Positions 41,285 to 54,170 are shown, numbered from the stretch's first letter. The stretch is DNA of 64,000 nucleotides from the human T2T-CHM13v2.0 reference genome, Homo sapiens (GCF_009914755.1 NC_060940.1); one strand, 5' to 3'. The notes: generated by a model from the letters alone, not told the origin. Program-made: numbers and translations.

Positions 41285-41326
41285 TTGGAAGGATATTGTT
41301 GGAAGGATATTGTTGGAAGGATATTG
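41285..41326. repeat. 14-bp tandem repeat ttggaaggatattg x3, inside an old MaLR-like fragment
   Basis: Three perfect copies. Confidence 0.95.
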
Positions 41327-41524
41327 CGTTTTAGAGAATCCAAGGAAATGCTGAACAACCAGTTCTAAAAATTGGGGTGGGCTCAGCGAGGGTAAAGGGA
41401 AATGGGCTACTCCAGGGGCCTATGGGAAAGGAGCTTATGGCTCATTCATCTTTAATTCTACAGCAAAATTCCTAAAGGTGAGTTAGGTGAGTTTCTTCTC
41501 TGTATCCACCAGCAATTTGTACTT

Positions 41525-41729
41525 AGTCATATGCTGAAGCCTGATTTGCACCCGTTAGCAAAACCAATTATTAAATTTTCAGAAATTTTGTGAATTAGTT
41601 GTTATACCATTGGTAACGTCAAACTAACCACAGTGGGACTATTTACACCAAAGGCAATGGAAAATGTTACAAACTGGTGCTTTATTTTTTTCTTTCTTAG
41701 AGAGCTGGTTTACAAGCACACCTCCACTA
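41525..41729 (+). mobile_element. MER63A-like hAT-Blackjack MITE
   Basis: ttaaattttcagaaattttgtgaattagttgtt ... tatttacacca ... gagagctggtttacaagcacac. Confidence 0.75.
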
Positions 41730-41995
41730 TAGAATATACATGCTTTAACCATCCAAAGTCATGTTTAAGAATATGAACTTCGAATCAGACTGTGGATTTG
41801 ATGTCTAGCTCCACTACTTCCTTGCTCCGTGATTTTGCAAGTTCCCTAGACTGTCTGAGCCTCAACTTCCTCACCTGTGAGATAAAGATAATCGTTCTAA
41901 AAACAAAGAGAGTTTGTTGTGAGGATTCATTGACATTCATTGACTTAATCCAGGGTGTTTGGCCAATAGAAAGTACTCTATACAGGTTAGCTATT

Positions 41996-42201
41996 TTCTT
42001 TTTTTCTTTGTTGTCATGCTAAGTCTTTATTTATTTATTTATTTGTTTTAGTATTTTTTTTTTCAGTAGGTTTTTGGGAAACAGGTAGTGTTTGGTTACA
42101 TGTATAAGTTCTTTAGTGGTGATCGCTGAGATTGTGGTGCACCCATCACCCGAACAGTATATACTGCACCCAATGTGTAGTCTTTGATCTCTCATTCCCC
42201 T
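41996..42201 (-). mobile_element. 5'-truncated L1PB 3' end with an extended tail
   Basis: 13-bp TSD caggttagctatt (41983-41995, 42202-42214). Confidence 0.9.
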
Positions 42202-42709
42202 CAGGTTAGCTATTCTTCATACTGATGAGCAATTGTTCATCTATTTGTTGACTATTTTCTGGAGCCTCAGTATCTGCACAGTTCTTGGCACTAGTAAGCA
42301 CTAATGTTTTGATTAAGGAAGGAAGGAAAAAAGAGACAAAAGAAGGAGAGTGGGACCATGGAAATACACCCGTTTTCGCTCACTGGTATGTCCCCAGCAT
42401 CCAGAACTTTGTCTGACACATGGCTGGTACTCAGTGAATATTTTTTTTTTTTGCATGAATTAATAGGTACATAAACCCTAAATTCTCTTTTGGACCACTT
42501 TGTTATATTCTTCTCTCCAGTGTCAAACTAACGTCTTCCTCTCATGTAAATTTCATTCCATATTCATGTTTCCACTCTTTAAATAACAGTGATCAGGTCA
42601 TCTCTGGCCTTTACATGATGATTTTAAAAATATTTTATGTAAGATACTGTATCTCTTCATGTTTTTATTTCTCTGGGATGAGATTTCCAAAGGGTCAATG
42701 CAGAGGGTG

Positions 42710-43199
42710 TGTGGTGGTTAATTTTTTATGTCAATTCACTGTGCTAAGGGATGCCTAGATAGCTGGTAAAACACTATTTCTGAGTGTGTCCCAGAGGGTG
42801 TTTCTGCAAGAGGTTAGCATCTGAATCAGTAAACGGAGTAAAGAACACTTGCCCTGAATGATGTGATGGGCACCATTCAGTCCAATGAGGGTACTGATAG
42901 AGCAAAAAGGCAGAGGAAGGGTGAATTCTCTCTCTCTTCTTGAGCTGGGACATCCATCTTCTCCTACTCTTGGACATCAGAGCTCCTGGTTCTTGGGCCT
43001 TCAGACTCAGACTCACACCAACAGCCCCCTCCTGGTTCTCGGCCCTTCAGACTTGGACTGAATTTTCTAGCTTGCAGATGGACGATCGTGGGACTTCTTG
43101 GCTTCCATAATTGTGTGAGACAATTCCCATAATAAATCTCCTTTTATATCTCTCTGTATTGTATTGGTTTTGTTTCTCTGGAGAGTCCTGGCTAATACA
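42710..43199 (+). mobile_element. ERVL LTR (MLT2B-like)
   Basis: tgtggtggttaattttttatgtcaa...gatagctggtaaaacactattt ... cctggctaataca. Confidence 0.92.
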
Positions 43200-43274
43200 G
43201 GGGGAAAGGAAGAGTCTTTTAGGTTCAGAGTTAGTGATGGTGTCCTCATGGCCCCGTAGACCTGGGCTTCGAAT

Positions 43275-43617
43275 CTTTTATTTTATTTAGCCTTTATTTT
43301 TTAAAAAAATTCTTATTTCAAGTTCAGGGGTACATGTGCAGGTTTGTTACATAGGTAAACTTGTGTCATGGGTTTTTTTTTTTTTTATATACAGATTATT
43401 TCATCACCCAGGTATTAAGCCTAGTACCCCTTAGTTCTTCTTCCTGATCCTCTCCCTCCTCCTCCTCTTCCCTCTTTGGCAGGCTCTGGTGTGGGTTGTT
43501 CCCCTTTATGTGTGCATGCGTTCTTATCATTCACTTCCCACTTAGAAGTGAGAACATGTGGTATTTGGTTTTCTGTTCCTGCATTAGTTTGCTAAGGATA
43601 ATGGCCTCTAGCTCCAC
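43275..43617 (-). mobile_element. Old L1PA 3' end
   Basis: ggtacatgtgcaggtttgttacataggtaaac; TSD gggcttcgaat/gggcttccaat. Confidence 0.92.
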
Positions 43618-44539
43618 GGGCTTCCAATGCTACATCTCTGCATACATAGCTCTTATATTTTCCCATGTGCATCGTTCTTCCCAAAGCCCTCTCATGGAGC
43701 CAAGGTGAACCAGCCTATAGAGGTTTCTGATCCTAGCCACTCTCAGTGCCTGGAACCAGACCTACAACCACTCCATCCTCTGTATCCCAGCAAGAAGAGC
43801 TAAGGAGTAGTTCTTGACAAAGCTTTATAGGGGAGATTTCACATAAATTAATTGATTAGAAACCAGAAAGGATGAGAGTAAGATAATAAATGTGAGGCTC
43901 ATGGGGTGTAAGGTTGCCAGCTCTCAGACTTTGATAAGCCAATACCTTTCCTTTTTATAGAGTTGTTCTCCAAGGGTTCCTTAGAAACTTTGAAAAGGCC
44001 GAGACAGAGCAGTTTCACGATACCCTTGAGAGCTTTAATATCCTCATTGAGTCTCTGCAGAGAACCTCTTGATAGCTTAGATAGTGTCTTAAAGAACATT
44101 TTGAGTCAGGCTTACATGGATTTAGAAGCCACTTCCCTATACAAGCACAACATCGGGAGGATTTGGGGTCATTCTCAGCAGAGTCATATTTTCTTTATGT
44201 CATCCATGGTGGACAGAACCATTCCTAATGGTTTCTATTCTTCCGGGGCCAGGAGAAGCATCTGGTTTTGAAGATCCCATTTAAAAAAAAGTCTTTTATA
44301 AACCAGGAAGCAAACTAGGTCCTTATCAGGGCCATAAAATAGTACAGACAGAAAGAATAGTGAAGATTATTAGAGACATTCTGAAGTCATTAGAATGGAA
44401 CAAAAGGAAAGTCTGTCTCCAGACCTCTGTGTCTTCAAATGAATCCCTGTTTTATTTAAAAGATTCTAATCCCTAATTAGAAAATTAGATGATTTCTAAT
44501 CCCTAGTGGAGTGTACTCACCAGATGCCTCCAGCTGGGC

Positions 44540-44735
44540 TAGAAACATCTACTCCTATTGTTTTATGTGTCTAGTTACAGGAACCCTATGAAGTTAATAT
44601 TACTGTCTCCATCTTACAGATCAGGAAATTGAGGCACATAGAGTTTAAGTAACTTTTCAAGGACATAGAGCACGCACATGGCAGAATTTGAACCCAGGCT
44701 TGTGTCTGACTCTAAAATCCATGTTCTTACCCCTC
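44540..44735 (-). mobile_element. MIR SINE
   Basis: ccatcttacagatcaggaaattgaggcacatagag. Confidence 0.85.
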
Positions 44736-45864
44736 TTCCTGGTTGTTTTTATGTAATCTATACATCACCCATGTCCTGGAGAATTCTTGTTTGATGAAGA
44801 CCTAGTGGCAGAATCTATAAAAAAAATTAAGTATCCTTTGCATTCAGAATATTAAACTCCAGTGAATCCTCTTGGTGCTTGTGGCTAATTTTTTTTTTTT
44901 TTTTATGAAGGGGATTGCTGGGGATAATTGAGAAACAAAGATTTGTGGCATTGTACAAAACTAAGCTGGTCTGATGACCTTATGGGAAATGGTGGTGTTT
45001 TGGTGTTAAGCCCTAGGCTTTCTAGAAGTGTTTTCCAGGGAAGCCATCTTCGCTTTCCAGAATGCAACCTGGGTCACAAAAGCTGCTCAGATGTGTTTCT
45101 GCCCAGCATTAGAGATGGCAAAACGGTCGAGCATATTTGCTTGAGTGTTGACAGAGCTTTTGGGGGTGCGCCAGGATGGAAGAAAAGCTGCCTGACAGGG
45201 ACAAGATGGAATCATTCATCTTTGCCTTCTGGGTGGGGAACTGAGTTGAAGAGAAAGACTGGGGAAAGCCTCTGCTTGCTTAGGAGCAGAACGAGCACAC
45301 AGTTAATGCTCATTACGTTAACTAAGCTTAGAACTTCTATACTAACTATATAAGAGCTGCACATCTTCCACATAGCCCAGTGAGATGGATCCCCGATGCT
45401 GCCTGTGCTGGCCTGGAGCTACATTGGCTAATTGAAGCACATCTTGCTGTGTGTCTCTGGAGGGGAAATCGTCTGCAAATACTACATTGGTCTAGACTTT
45501 CCATCCTGGTGCTAATATTTATTCCTGAGTTGTTTGCTAGAAACAATCAGCCTAAGGAGGGAGGATTTTTTTTTTTTCCAAAAAAGAACTCATGGGCAAT
45601 TAGTGAGGCTATAAAGTTAATGTCAGCCTGAACGAATTTTCTGGACATTGTATCTAGCATTTACTGTGTTAGGTTATGTAAGCCCAGCTGTAGAATTCAA
45701 ACCCAAACATGAGTTTGTGTGTGCATGTACATCAAACTTTAGGGATGGAAAGTGAAACAGTCTCTGCCTTAGCTAGTTCATCTGTTGCTTTTGCTATCTT
45801 AAGATTTCCTGGGATTTACTTATTTATTGATACACTGCCTTGTTCCAAAATGGACTGGAAGCCA

Positions 45865-46067
45865 CTCGGATGCACTGGAAACTGCTTGCACCAGCCTTCA
45901 AAAACCAATTGTTACATCATTAGGAATTTTGTGAGTCAGTTTTAAAATCATCCCTAGTTTCAAATCAGCTATAGTGAGAGTATTTACACTGTGGGAATTG
46001 GCAAACGCTACACATTAGGGCTTTTACCTTTTCCTTGGAGAGGTGGTTCACCAGTGCAGCCCAACTG
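45865..46067 (+). mobile_element. MER63A-like MITE (second copy)
   Basis: gagtatttacactgtgggaattggcaaacgctaca. Confidence 0.75.
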
Positions 46068-46478
46068 GAGAATCCTGCATTAACTATCCAGAGTCATTCT
46101 TAAGAATATGAGCTGTGAAATCAGACTCTTGGGGATTTGATATCTAGCTTTGGGGATAGCCAAAAAATGGGCTTTGGGGTTTACGTCTGCTGCTGTCATT
46201 TAGTAGCCACGTGACCTTAGGCCAAGCCTTGCTAAGGCTCAGTTTCTTCAACTGCTAAGTGGGTATAGAGACTTCATAGGGCTATCCTGAGGTTGGAATA
46301 AAGTAAGTGCCCAGAGCTGCTTCTTGGTGTCAGGTTCAGCTCCTAGGTCTCGAAGAATTCCCAAAGAACATCCGGATCTTGAAAGATGGCTGCTGTGTTG
46401 AGAAGGATTTACAGATCATACCCAAGGGTGTCAGGAACAGAGTTACCATTGATTAGCAATGTGTACCATAAATATGGG

Positions 46479-46835
46479 TGTCTTAGTCTGTTCTCATGCT
46501 GCTAATAAAGACATACCCCAAAACTGGGCAATTTCTAAAGGAAAAAGGTTTAATGGACTCACAATTTCACATGGCTGGGGAGACCTCGCAATCGTGGGGG
46601 AAAGCAAAGGAGAAGCAAAGGTGCCCGTCTTCCATGGTGGCAAGCAAAGAGCTTGTGCAGGGGAACTCCCCTTTATAAAACCATCAGATCTTGTGAGACT
46701 TAGTCACTACCACGAGAACAGTATGGGGGAACCACCCCCATGATTCAATTATCTCCACCTGGTCCTGCCCTTGAGACACAGGGATTTTTACAATTCAAGG
46801 TGAGATTTGGATGGAGACATAGCCAAGCCATATCA
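46479..46835 (-). mobile_element. THE1 (B/C-like) solo LTR inside a MER103-like relic
   Basis: Perfect TSD atggg/atggg; TG...CA termini. Confidence 0.95.
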
Positions 46836-46996
46836 ATGGGTGTGAAATGTGTGAGAAGGAATGGTCTGGGACATGGACAGAGACATGGCAATAATAACTA
46901 ACATTTAGCAAGCTCTTTTGATGTGCCAGACACTCTTCTAAATGATTTACAACATATAATATTAACTTGGTTAATTTTTCTAAGAACCCAATTAGC

Positions 46997-47227
46997 CAGT
47001 GGTTCGAAGTCAAGGGTGATTCCCACCTCCCTCCACCCCAGATATTTGGCAATTTCTGGAGACTTTTTTGGTTGACATGACTGGGGGTGGGTGGATAAGT
47101 GCTATTGACACCCAATGAATAGGCACTAGGGATACTGCTAAACAAATTACAATGCATAGGACAGGCCCCCCAAAAACAAGTATTATCTGGCTCCAAGTGT
47201 CAATAGTGCCAAGATTGAGAAACTCTG
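46997..47227 (+). mobile_element. MER20 MITE splitting a minus-strand MIR (about 46890-47378)
   Basis: cagtggtt ... gtcaatagtgccaagattgagaaactctg. Confidence 0.92.
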
Positions 47228-48340
47228 TAATAAAGTATCAAATACTATTATCTCCATTATATTGATGGGGCAACTGAGGCATAGAGAAGCTGAAGCGCTT
47301 TCTCTAGGTTATTCAAGCAGCAAATTACTGGTACTGGATTCAGACTGGTAGTGCATTCTCTTATCTACTACACAGCTTCTTGTATTAAGAAAGATGTCAG
47401 GGAGGAGGTAGAGGAAGAACAGGAATTCAGAGCAATATTTGGGAAATAAAGGGCAGTTGCAGCTACAGTGAGTTATTTCATCTTATTTCATTTTGCTTTG
47501 CTTGTACTGAAAGTGAGCTTTCCCTCCTTCTTTCCCTCCCCTAGGCTGGATGCTCTGACCCCTGCTGTGAGAGTTCAATCCCCTCTCAAATTTCATCTGG
47601 CATCGGGGTCCTCCTTCCAGCTGCTTCCTACTCTCTGCCCTCCCTCACTGCTGGCAGGTTGGGCCTGCCAGTATGATTTGCTCTGACATGCTGCTGTTGT
47701 CTACTTTGTCTGGGAAAGGGAAGGTGAAAGTTGCTACAGTTTCATGGATTCAAAATATCATTCTTGCTCTTCCTAATGAGGAAGGCAGGGCTGATGCCAG
47801 CTCTGGTGCCACTTGTAAAACTACAGCACTCAGGAGTAGCTCCTACTGGCCTCCAGTGCTCCTCAGTGGTAGTGTGGCTGGCTGTCAAGTGCCAAGTGGG
47901 TGAGGCAGCTGGCACCTTCAGAAACAGGGAGTGGGAGCCAGCCATTTCTGAGGGATGCTGTGAAACTCTGAGCCCTTGCTCTGGCCTGGGCTGCTGGGTG
48001 AACAGGGATTTATGAACAGTTTGATGTTTTCATTATGAATAGATGAGGATGAGGAAGAATGGTGTAAAAATTAAGCTGTGGAATCAGACTGCTTTGAAAG
48101 CTGTGTGATAGTTACCAAGGTGCCATGCCTCTCTGAGCCTCACATCTCACCTGTAAAATGGAGAGGGTTGTGAGGATTACAACTTATTAGATACAGACAC
48201 GAACCTAGACATTGCCAAGATCTGAGAGGGCAGATAGTTTCCTTTCTTATGAATGAAACCAACTTCATTCTTTTCATAATAGCTGCTATGTTGGGGAGGA
48301 TTCAGAGATCAGACCCAGGTTCATCAGGAGAGTGCCTAAC

Positions 48341-48660
48341 TGATTAGTGATGTCTGTCATGGATGTAGGCATGGGGAGGGGAGGCTGATGCTTGATTGAT
48401 TAGCGATGTCTGTCATGGATGTAGGTATGGGGAGGAGAGGCCTATGCTTGATTGATTAATGATGTCTGCTATGGATTTAGGCATGAGGAGGGGAGGTATG
48501 TGCATGACTGATTAGTGATGTCTGTCATGGATGTAGGCATAAGGGGTGGCTTGTTGTCTGATTAGTGATGTCTGTCACAGATGTAAGAATGGGGAGGGGA
48601 GGCATGTGCCTGATTGATTAGTGATGTCTGTCGTGGTTATAGGCATGGGAAGGGGAGGCA
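48341..48660. repeat. 56-bp minisatellite, about 6 copies, inside a MER103-like hAT element (about 48222-48685)
   Basis: Unit starts at 48341, 48397, 48453, 48509, 48559, 48615; core tgattagtgatgtctgtcatggatgtaggcatggggagggg. Confidence 0.92.
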
Positions 48661-49159
48661 GGGGCAACCTGCTCTTTCCTCCCTAGGCTTGGCTGCATAG
48701 TAAATAGTCAGTGGAAACTGTATTTTTATTGCTGGTTATTTAAGTCACTGTTAAGTCAAAGTAAGAAATATTTCTTTGTTTGAAGGAGGCTAGAAATAAG
48801 TGAAGAAAGAAAAGTGGCTGATTTCTTTTAAATTGGTGGTTCCTAGTGCTCAAATGACTGTGCTGTCGAGGGGCTTTAACATGTTTTGAAAGCAGGTGAT
48901 TGGAAGCCAAATGATTGGCTACAATTATCTCCATTGCTGATGCTTATTCTTGCTGCACAGGTTGGAATAAATGCAGATGCTGCAAATTGATGGAGGCCTG
49001 GTGTCTTCCAGAGTGGAGATAAAGGCTGGCTGAGGAATCAGTGAGGCCAGGAAGAGGGCTCAGCTGAGCAACTGATCAAAGTGAGCTTCTTCTGTCAACA
49101 ATTGATTTATGGGGAAGAGAGTTAAGATTAAGAGGAAAAAGTGAAAAATGCCTATAGTT

Positions 49160-49650
49160 ACTGAATCTGAATTGGTTTTGTCTGCATTCCAGGCATCCCT
49201 CTTCAGGAAGGAGCTTCCTGTGTTTTCTCTGGGAACTCACCTGTTTTCCACTCCAGGTATGGGCCCCTGACTCAGGCAGGACTGGCAACAGAGATAGGTT
49301 AAAGGTGGTCACATGATTAAAGTCAATCAGAATTAGGTCCAGGAATTTTTCTGAAACTACTTGAAAAATAGTTATTTTCTTTTCATCAGCTTTGCTAAAC
49401 TACAGCTATATCAGCGTAGAGTTGCTGAAGGCCATTTCTGTTAGTATGAGGGAGAGCCCACCTGAAAATGAAGCCAAAATAGAGCCAAGTGCAGATGGGA
49501 GATGGCAGGAAGCAGATCCCTGAGAACATAATTTGAGCATCTAGATCCAGCCATGCCTGCAGCTAATAACACCTGGGCTTTTGTGCATTTTTTGCCATGA
49601 GCAATTTATGATGAATTTTTTGGTCACTGAAAAAGGAGAGTCCTAATGGG
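49160..49650 (+). mobile_element. Old MaLR LTR (MLT1K/L-like)
   Basis: gaaaatgaagccaa...tttgagcatctagatccagccatgcctg. Confidence 0.7.
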
Positions 49651-50241
49651 TAGGTAATACCATATTCATGGTCAAAACAGTATTTTCTCAAAGTCAAATA
49701 AACTTTATTACATTTCTTACATTTGCTGGGAGGAAGAAGGTGAAAATTCGTGACAAATAAACAAAACTGAGGATAATTCTAGCATGAGAATGATAACTTC
49801 TGTAAACTGGATATCTGTTACTGAATAGGCTGGGGTCAGGAGATTTTTGGGGTGGGGGGGTTATCACTGGTTTTAACAATAACCTCACAGTGTGGTTGCT
49901 GTTTTACAACTGAAGAAATGAAGAATTACAGAATAAATTTCTTAGCAGAGAAAAAGAAAAGTATATAAATGAAGAATTAGTGTGTCATGCCCAAGATATG
50001 ACAGCTGGTTAGGTTATCGGGCTTGGATTTGAGTCCAGGTCTGTCTGATGCTAGGACCCATGCTGTAATTACATGGTGTCTGGCTCCTTGGCAAACATGA
50101 TAAGATGGAAGAGGAAGAGCAGAATCTGGGCTTACTATGAGCCAGGCACAGTGTTGGATGCCACACATGCATTATCTCTTGAGCAAAGTTGCACTCAGGC
50201 CACAGAGACTGAGGAAACAAAAGATTAAGAAAAGACAAATT

Positions 50242-50593
<352 letters not shown>

Positions 50594-52016
50594 TTATATT
50601 AAAATAATTGATCAAATGCATATTATCAGCTGCTGGAATATACAGTGATAATGGCTGTCTCTACTTCACCACTTAATCTTGAGCCACCAAAGGGAGCTCC
50701 AAGGAAATCGATGGAGGATATTATTGCATGTTGTCACTCAAGCCATTCCTGTAGAGACTGAGGGGGAGGTGGGACAGGTAGTCACATTTCAAGCACATTT
50801 CAATATCAGTGGAGCAACTATCAACGTGCCAGAACTACTGATAATCTCCTGAGGTGCAGGCTGGCTAGAAAAACTCTGTTTTGTACTCTAGAAAGAGTCT
50901 GTCTCAGCAGTCACTCAAGATATATCCTTGACGATTAACATGCCACTCTTTAGTGTGCTGTTTGTCCTGGGCTTGAATGAAAGCTGGCATTTCTTCCTTG
51001 AGACCTTCATTAAGTACAAAGTACTAGTCTTAAACTGCATGCAGGGACATTTTCACCTTTAACATCATCAATATTTAAAAATGTTTAACAATGAGAACAT
51101 ATCTGGCTCAATTAATCTCTTCAATTTCTATTTCTCACCTCTCTGTAGATTTAATTCAGAAGAGGGCTGCTGCTGCTGCTGACAGTAACGAACTATTAAG
51201 CACACTCACACTGCACTCTAAACCTTGCTAGGTCATCCATATACATTATTGCCTCATCTCTCAGGACCTTTGTTTATATATGTCCCTTGGCCTGGGCCTC
51301 CCTTGTCACTCCACTTCCTTCTAATTTCCCTTCCTCTGCATTTTCAGTGAATTTGTTTCTGTTCCTTCAAATTCCAGCCTGTTCTTCCCAGGTGAGCTCT
51401 TCTATTACACACTTTCTTAGTTCCTGGTTTTTCTCTTACAGACAGCCATGATCACCAGACATTCTAGCAGTATATCATTTTGTAATTACACAATTGCAAT
51501 TATGTACATATTTTTATAATTGCTCATATGGTTACTTGACTAATGTCTAACCCTCCTCTTTAGGAGGTAAATTCCATGAGAATAAACATTTTGTGTTTTT
51601 TTTTTACTATTTTATTTCTAGGGCTTATCAAAGAGGCTGACACCTAGTAAGTTCTCTGTAAATATTTTACAACAGCCCTATGAAATAATCAGATATTAGT
51701 AGCCAAATATTAGAGATGTGGAAACTGAAGCCCCCAAAGTGTTAAATATTCTGCCAGGACCTGAATCCAGGCTGTTTCACACAAACTCTGCCTTAATTGT
51801 TATGCTATTCTGATGCCTTCTAGAAGTTGGTTTTCTCTTTAGCAGGGTTCAAAGAGATAAATGAGGATTGATGGTCCTGGAGAACTATTTAAATACATCT
51901 GAAAGTGTAATGCTTTTTCTCAGGTCTAATGATCATTATAGTATTAGGAGACTTTTCCTTTTATAATTCAAAGTCTGAACTCCTTAGATTAGTAACAAGA
52001 CACTTCATAATTTAGT

Positions 52017-52190
52017 CCAGATTTCTCAAACTGACAGTTCACCAGAATCAACTGGAGATATTTAAAAAAATACAAAAGAAATGATGTCTGAGTTTTACCA
52101 CGAATATATTCTGATTTAATTCGTCTTGGGTGGAAACAGGGCATTTTTATTTTTCTTAATGCTCCCCAGGTGATTCTAGTCTTCAGCAAC
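52017..52190 (+). mobile_element. MER5A-like MITE
   Basis: ttctcaaact...agaatcaactggaga ... ctccccaggtgattcta. Confidence 0.8.
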
Positions 52191-52278
52191 CTCACCAGCC
52201 TCCTCTCCTGACCTGCCTGCCTCTACATTCACTTTTCCATTTTCCTTTCAACCTCTCTCCCGCCTACAAATAGTTTCC

Positions 52279-52584
52279 TTTTTTTTTTTTTTCCTTTTCT
52301 TTTCAAGACAGAGTCTTGCTTTGTCACCGAGGCTGGAGTGCGGTGGTGCAGTCTCAGCTTACCACAGCTTCCTCCTCCGAAGTTCAAGGGATTCTCCTGC
52401 CTCAGCCTTCCAAGTAGCTGGGATTACAGGCGCATGCCAACACGCCCGGCTAATTTTTGTATTTTTAGTAGAGATGGGGTTTCACCATGTTGGCCAGGCT
52501 GGTATCGAACTCCTGACCTTGGGATCTGCCCGCCTCAGCCTCCCAAAGTGCTGGGATTACAGGCGTGAGCCACCATGCCCGGCC
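52279..52584 (-). mobile_element. Alu (AluS-type)
   Basis: TSD ctacaaatagtttcct/ctactagtagtttcct. Confidence 0.95.
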
Positions 52585-52704
52585 TCCTACTAGTAGTTTC
52601 CTAAGAAGCTGTGTTTGCTTTTTCTCCCTCCATGGCTGCTAGTTTTCTCTCACAGTGTCCCCATGAACTCTCTGTGCCTATTTTCTTCATGGCACTCATC
52701 ATAC

Positions 52705-53391
52705 TGTATTTTTTTAAATTTAAATTTGGAGAAGAGGAGACTTTACTTATTATAAAGAGTTAGGGCCTGCAGAGTGGCCATTCTGACTGGCTGGGAAACA
52801 TAGCCTCTAGCCAGAAGCCAGAAACAAACACTTCAAGGAAGGAGCAAAGGGAACAGGAATTGATGCCAAGTAGGATGGCCAAATAAACATATTCAATAAG
52901 CTGTAGAAGGAGTCATTCATGTTTATGAAAGGAGAAATGTGCACATAGGCAATTGAGCTTCTTGCTTCTCCATGTTCAAAACATGGCGGCAATCTGAAGG
53001 TGGAGTTTTGGCCCTCTGATGTCAGAAGATGAAACAAAGTCCATGAAAACCCTTACTGTGCATTCTCTGTAGACTGGCCAGGAAGTGCTACACACTTTTA
53101 AACAACCAGATCTCATGAGAACCCATTCACTCTCCCAAGAACAGCAAGGGGGATGTCCACCTCCATGATTCAATCACCTCTTACTAGGCCCTTCCTTCAA
53201 CACATGGGGATTACAATTTTACATGAGATTTGGGTGGAGACACAGAGCCAAACCATAACAGGGTATAACAAGTGTGTCTGACCTTCCCATCCTATCATGG
53301 CTGATAACTCAGTTTTCAAATGGGGTCTCCTTGTCCAAGAGAAGATACACTCAGTTAGTTGAGGAGCTTAGAATTTTATTTTTAGTTCCTA
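52705..53391 (-). mobile_element. ERV1 3' LTR (MER66-like), interrupted by an MSTA-like half LTR at about 53082-53260
   Basis: LTR abuts the polypurine tract (minus strand aaaagggggagaa, 53392-53404). Confidence 0.8.
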
Positions 53392-54170
53392 TTCTCCCCC
53401 TTTTGTCCAAGATCTGCCGGAGGCAGCATCAATGACTAAACTTCTATTTTCTTCCCTATCTTTGTGGGGTAGTGTGGCTGCTTGCCCTGGGTCCATCTTG
53501 TTCTTCAATGAGACTCCTATGGCCAAGGGAATTAGAGCCAAAGACTTACGGCCAATTAAACTTTCTACGACAGGCAGGAATGGAGGTGGGCAGAAACCCA
53601 TCAACTCTTAAAACCTTTTAAGCAACATAAGAGCAAAAAAAACAAAGCCAAAAAGCCAGATTATGGAATTGACATATCCATAAATTCTATGTGTTGAGCT
53701 ACTGTAATCTTGGTTTTAGTAACAGACTTGTAGTAATTAGGTATATGAAACATAAGCATTTTGCTAAAACCATTTAAGCTAAGGAATGTAGAGTTTTTTG
53801 TTGTGCCACGATGCATTTTACAGTCTCTTTAGCAATTTTTCCTAAGGTGGCCAAATTTTTAAAAATCATATCTCTATTTGCATAAACCCTATAACTGGGA
53901 ACAACTGGTGACGAGAAGACTCTGTCACCAGGTATCTTAATATCCTGTTGGTAATTCTCTTTTAAGTTTATGGGAAATTTGTAGTTGGCATGGATGAAAA
54001 TGGGCCACATAATGACCCAGGAGGCAAAGTACTTGAGTCTATTAGCTCTTTAGGCATCTGTGTGTCTGTCCTTGATTTGGAGGGTCTGAAGTAATTCTGT
54101 CCTTCAAAACCAACCCTTACAATGTCACCTGCCCACCTCTTCTGCAATAGCCCATGGTCCTAGAGAGAGG
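53392..54170 (-). pseudogene. ERV1 internal 3' region with a degenerate env TM remnant
   Basis: ORF 53774-54010 ends LATLGKIAKETVKCIVAQQKTLHSLA*MVL (TM heptad); KLKR|ELPTG cleavage-like site in the adjacent frame. Confidence 0.75.

Noticed and set aside
44928-45353. 141-aa ORF in unique DNA
   Set aside because: Non-ATG start, no recognisable domain, no splice context
48341-48660. CRISPR-like regular repeat array
   Set aside because: The spacers are homologous to each other (a tandem minisatellite), the context is eukaryotic and there are no cas genes
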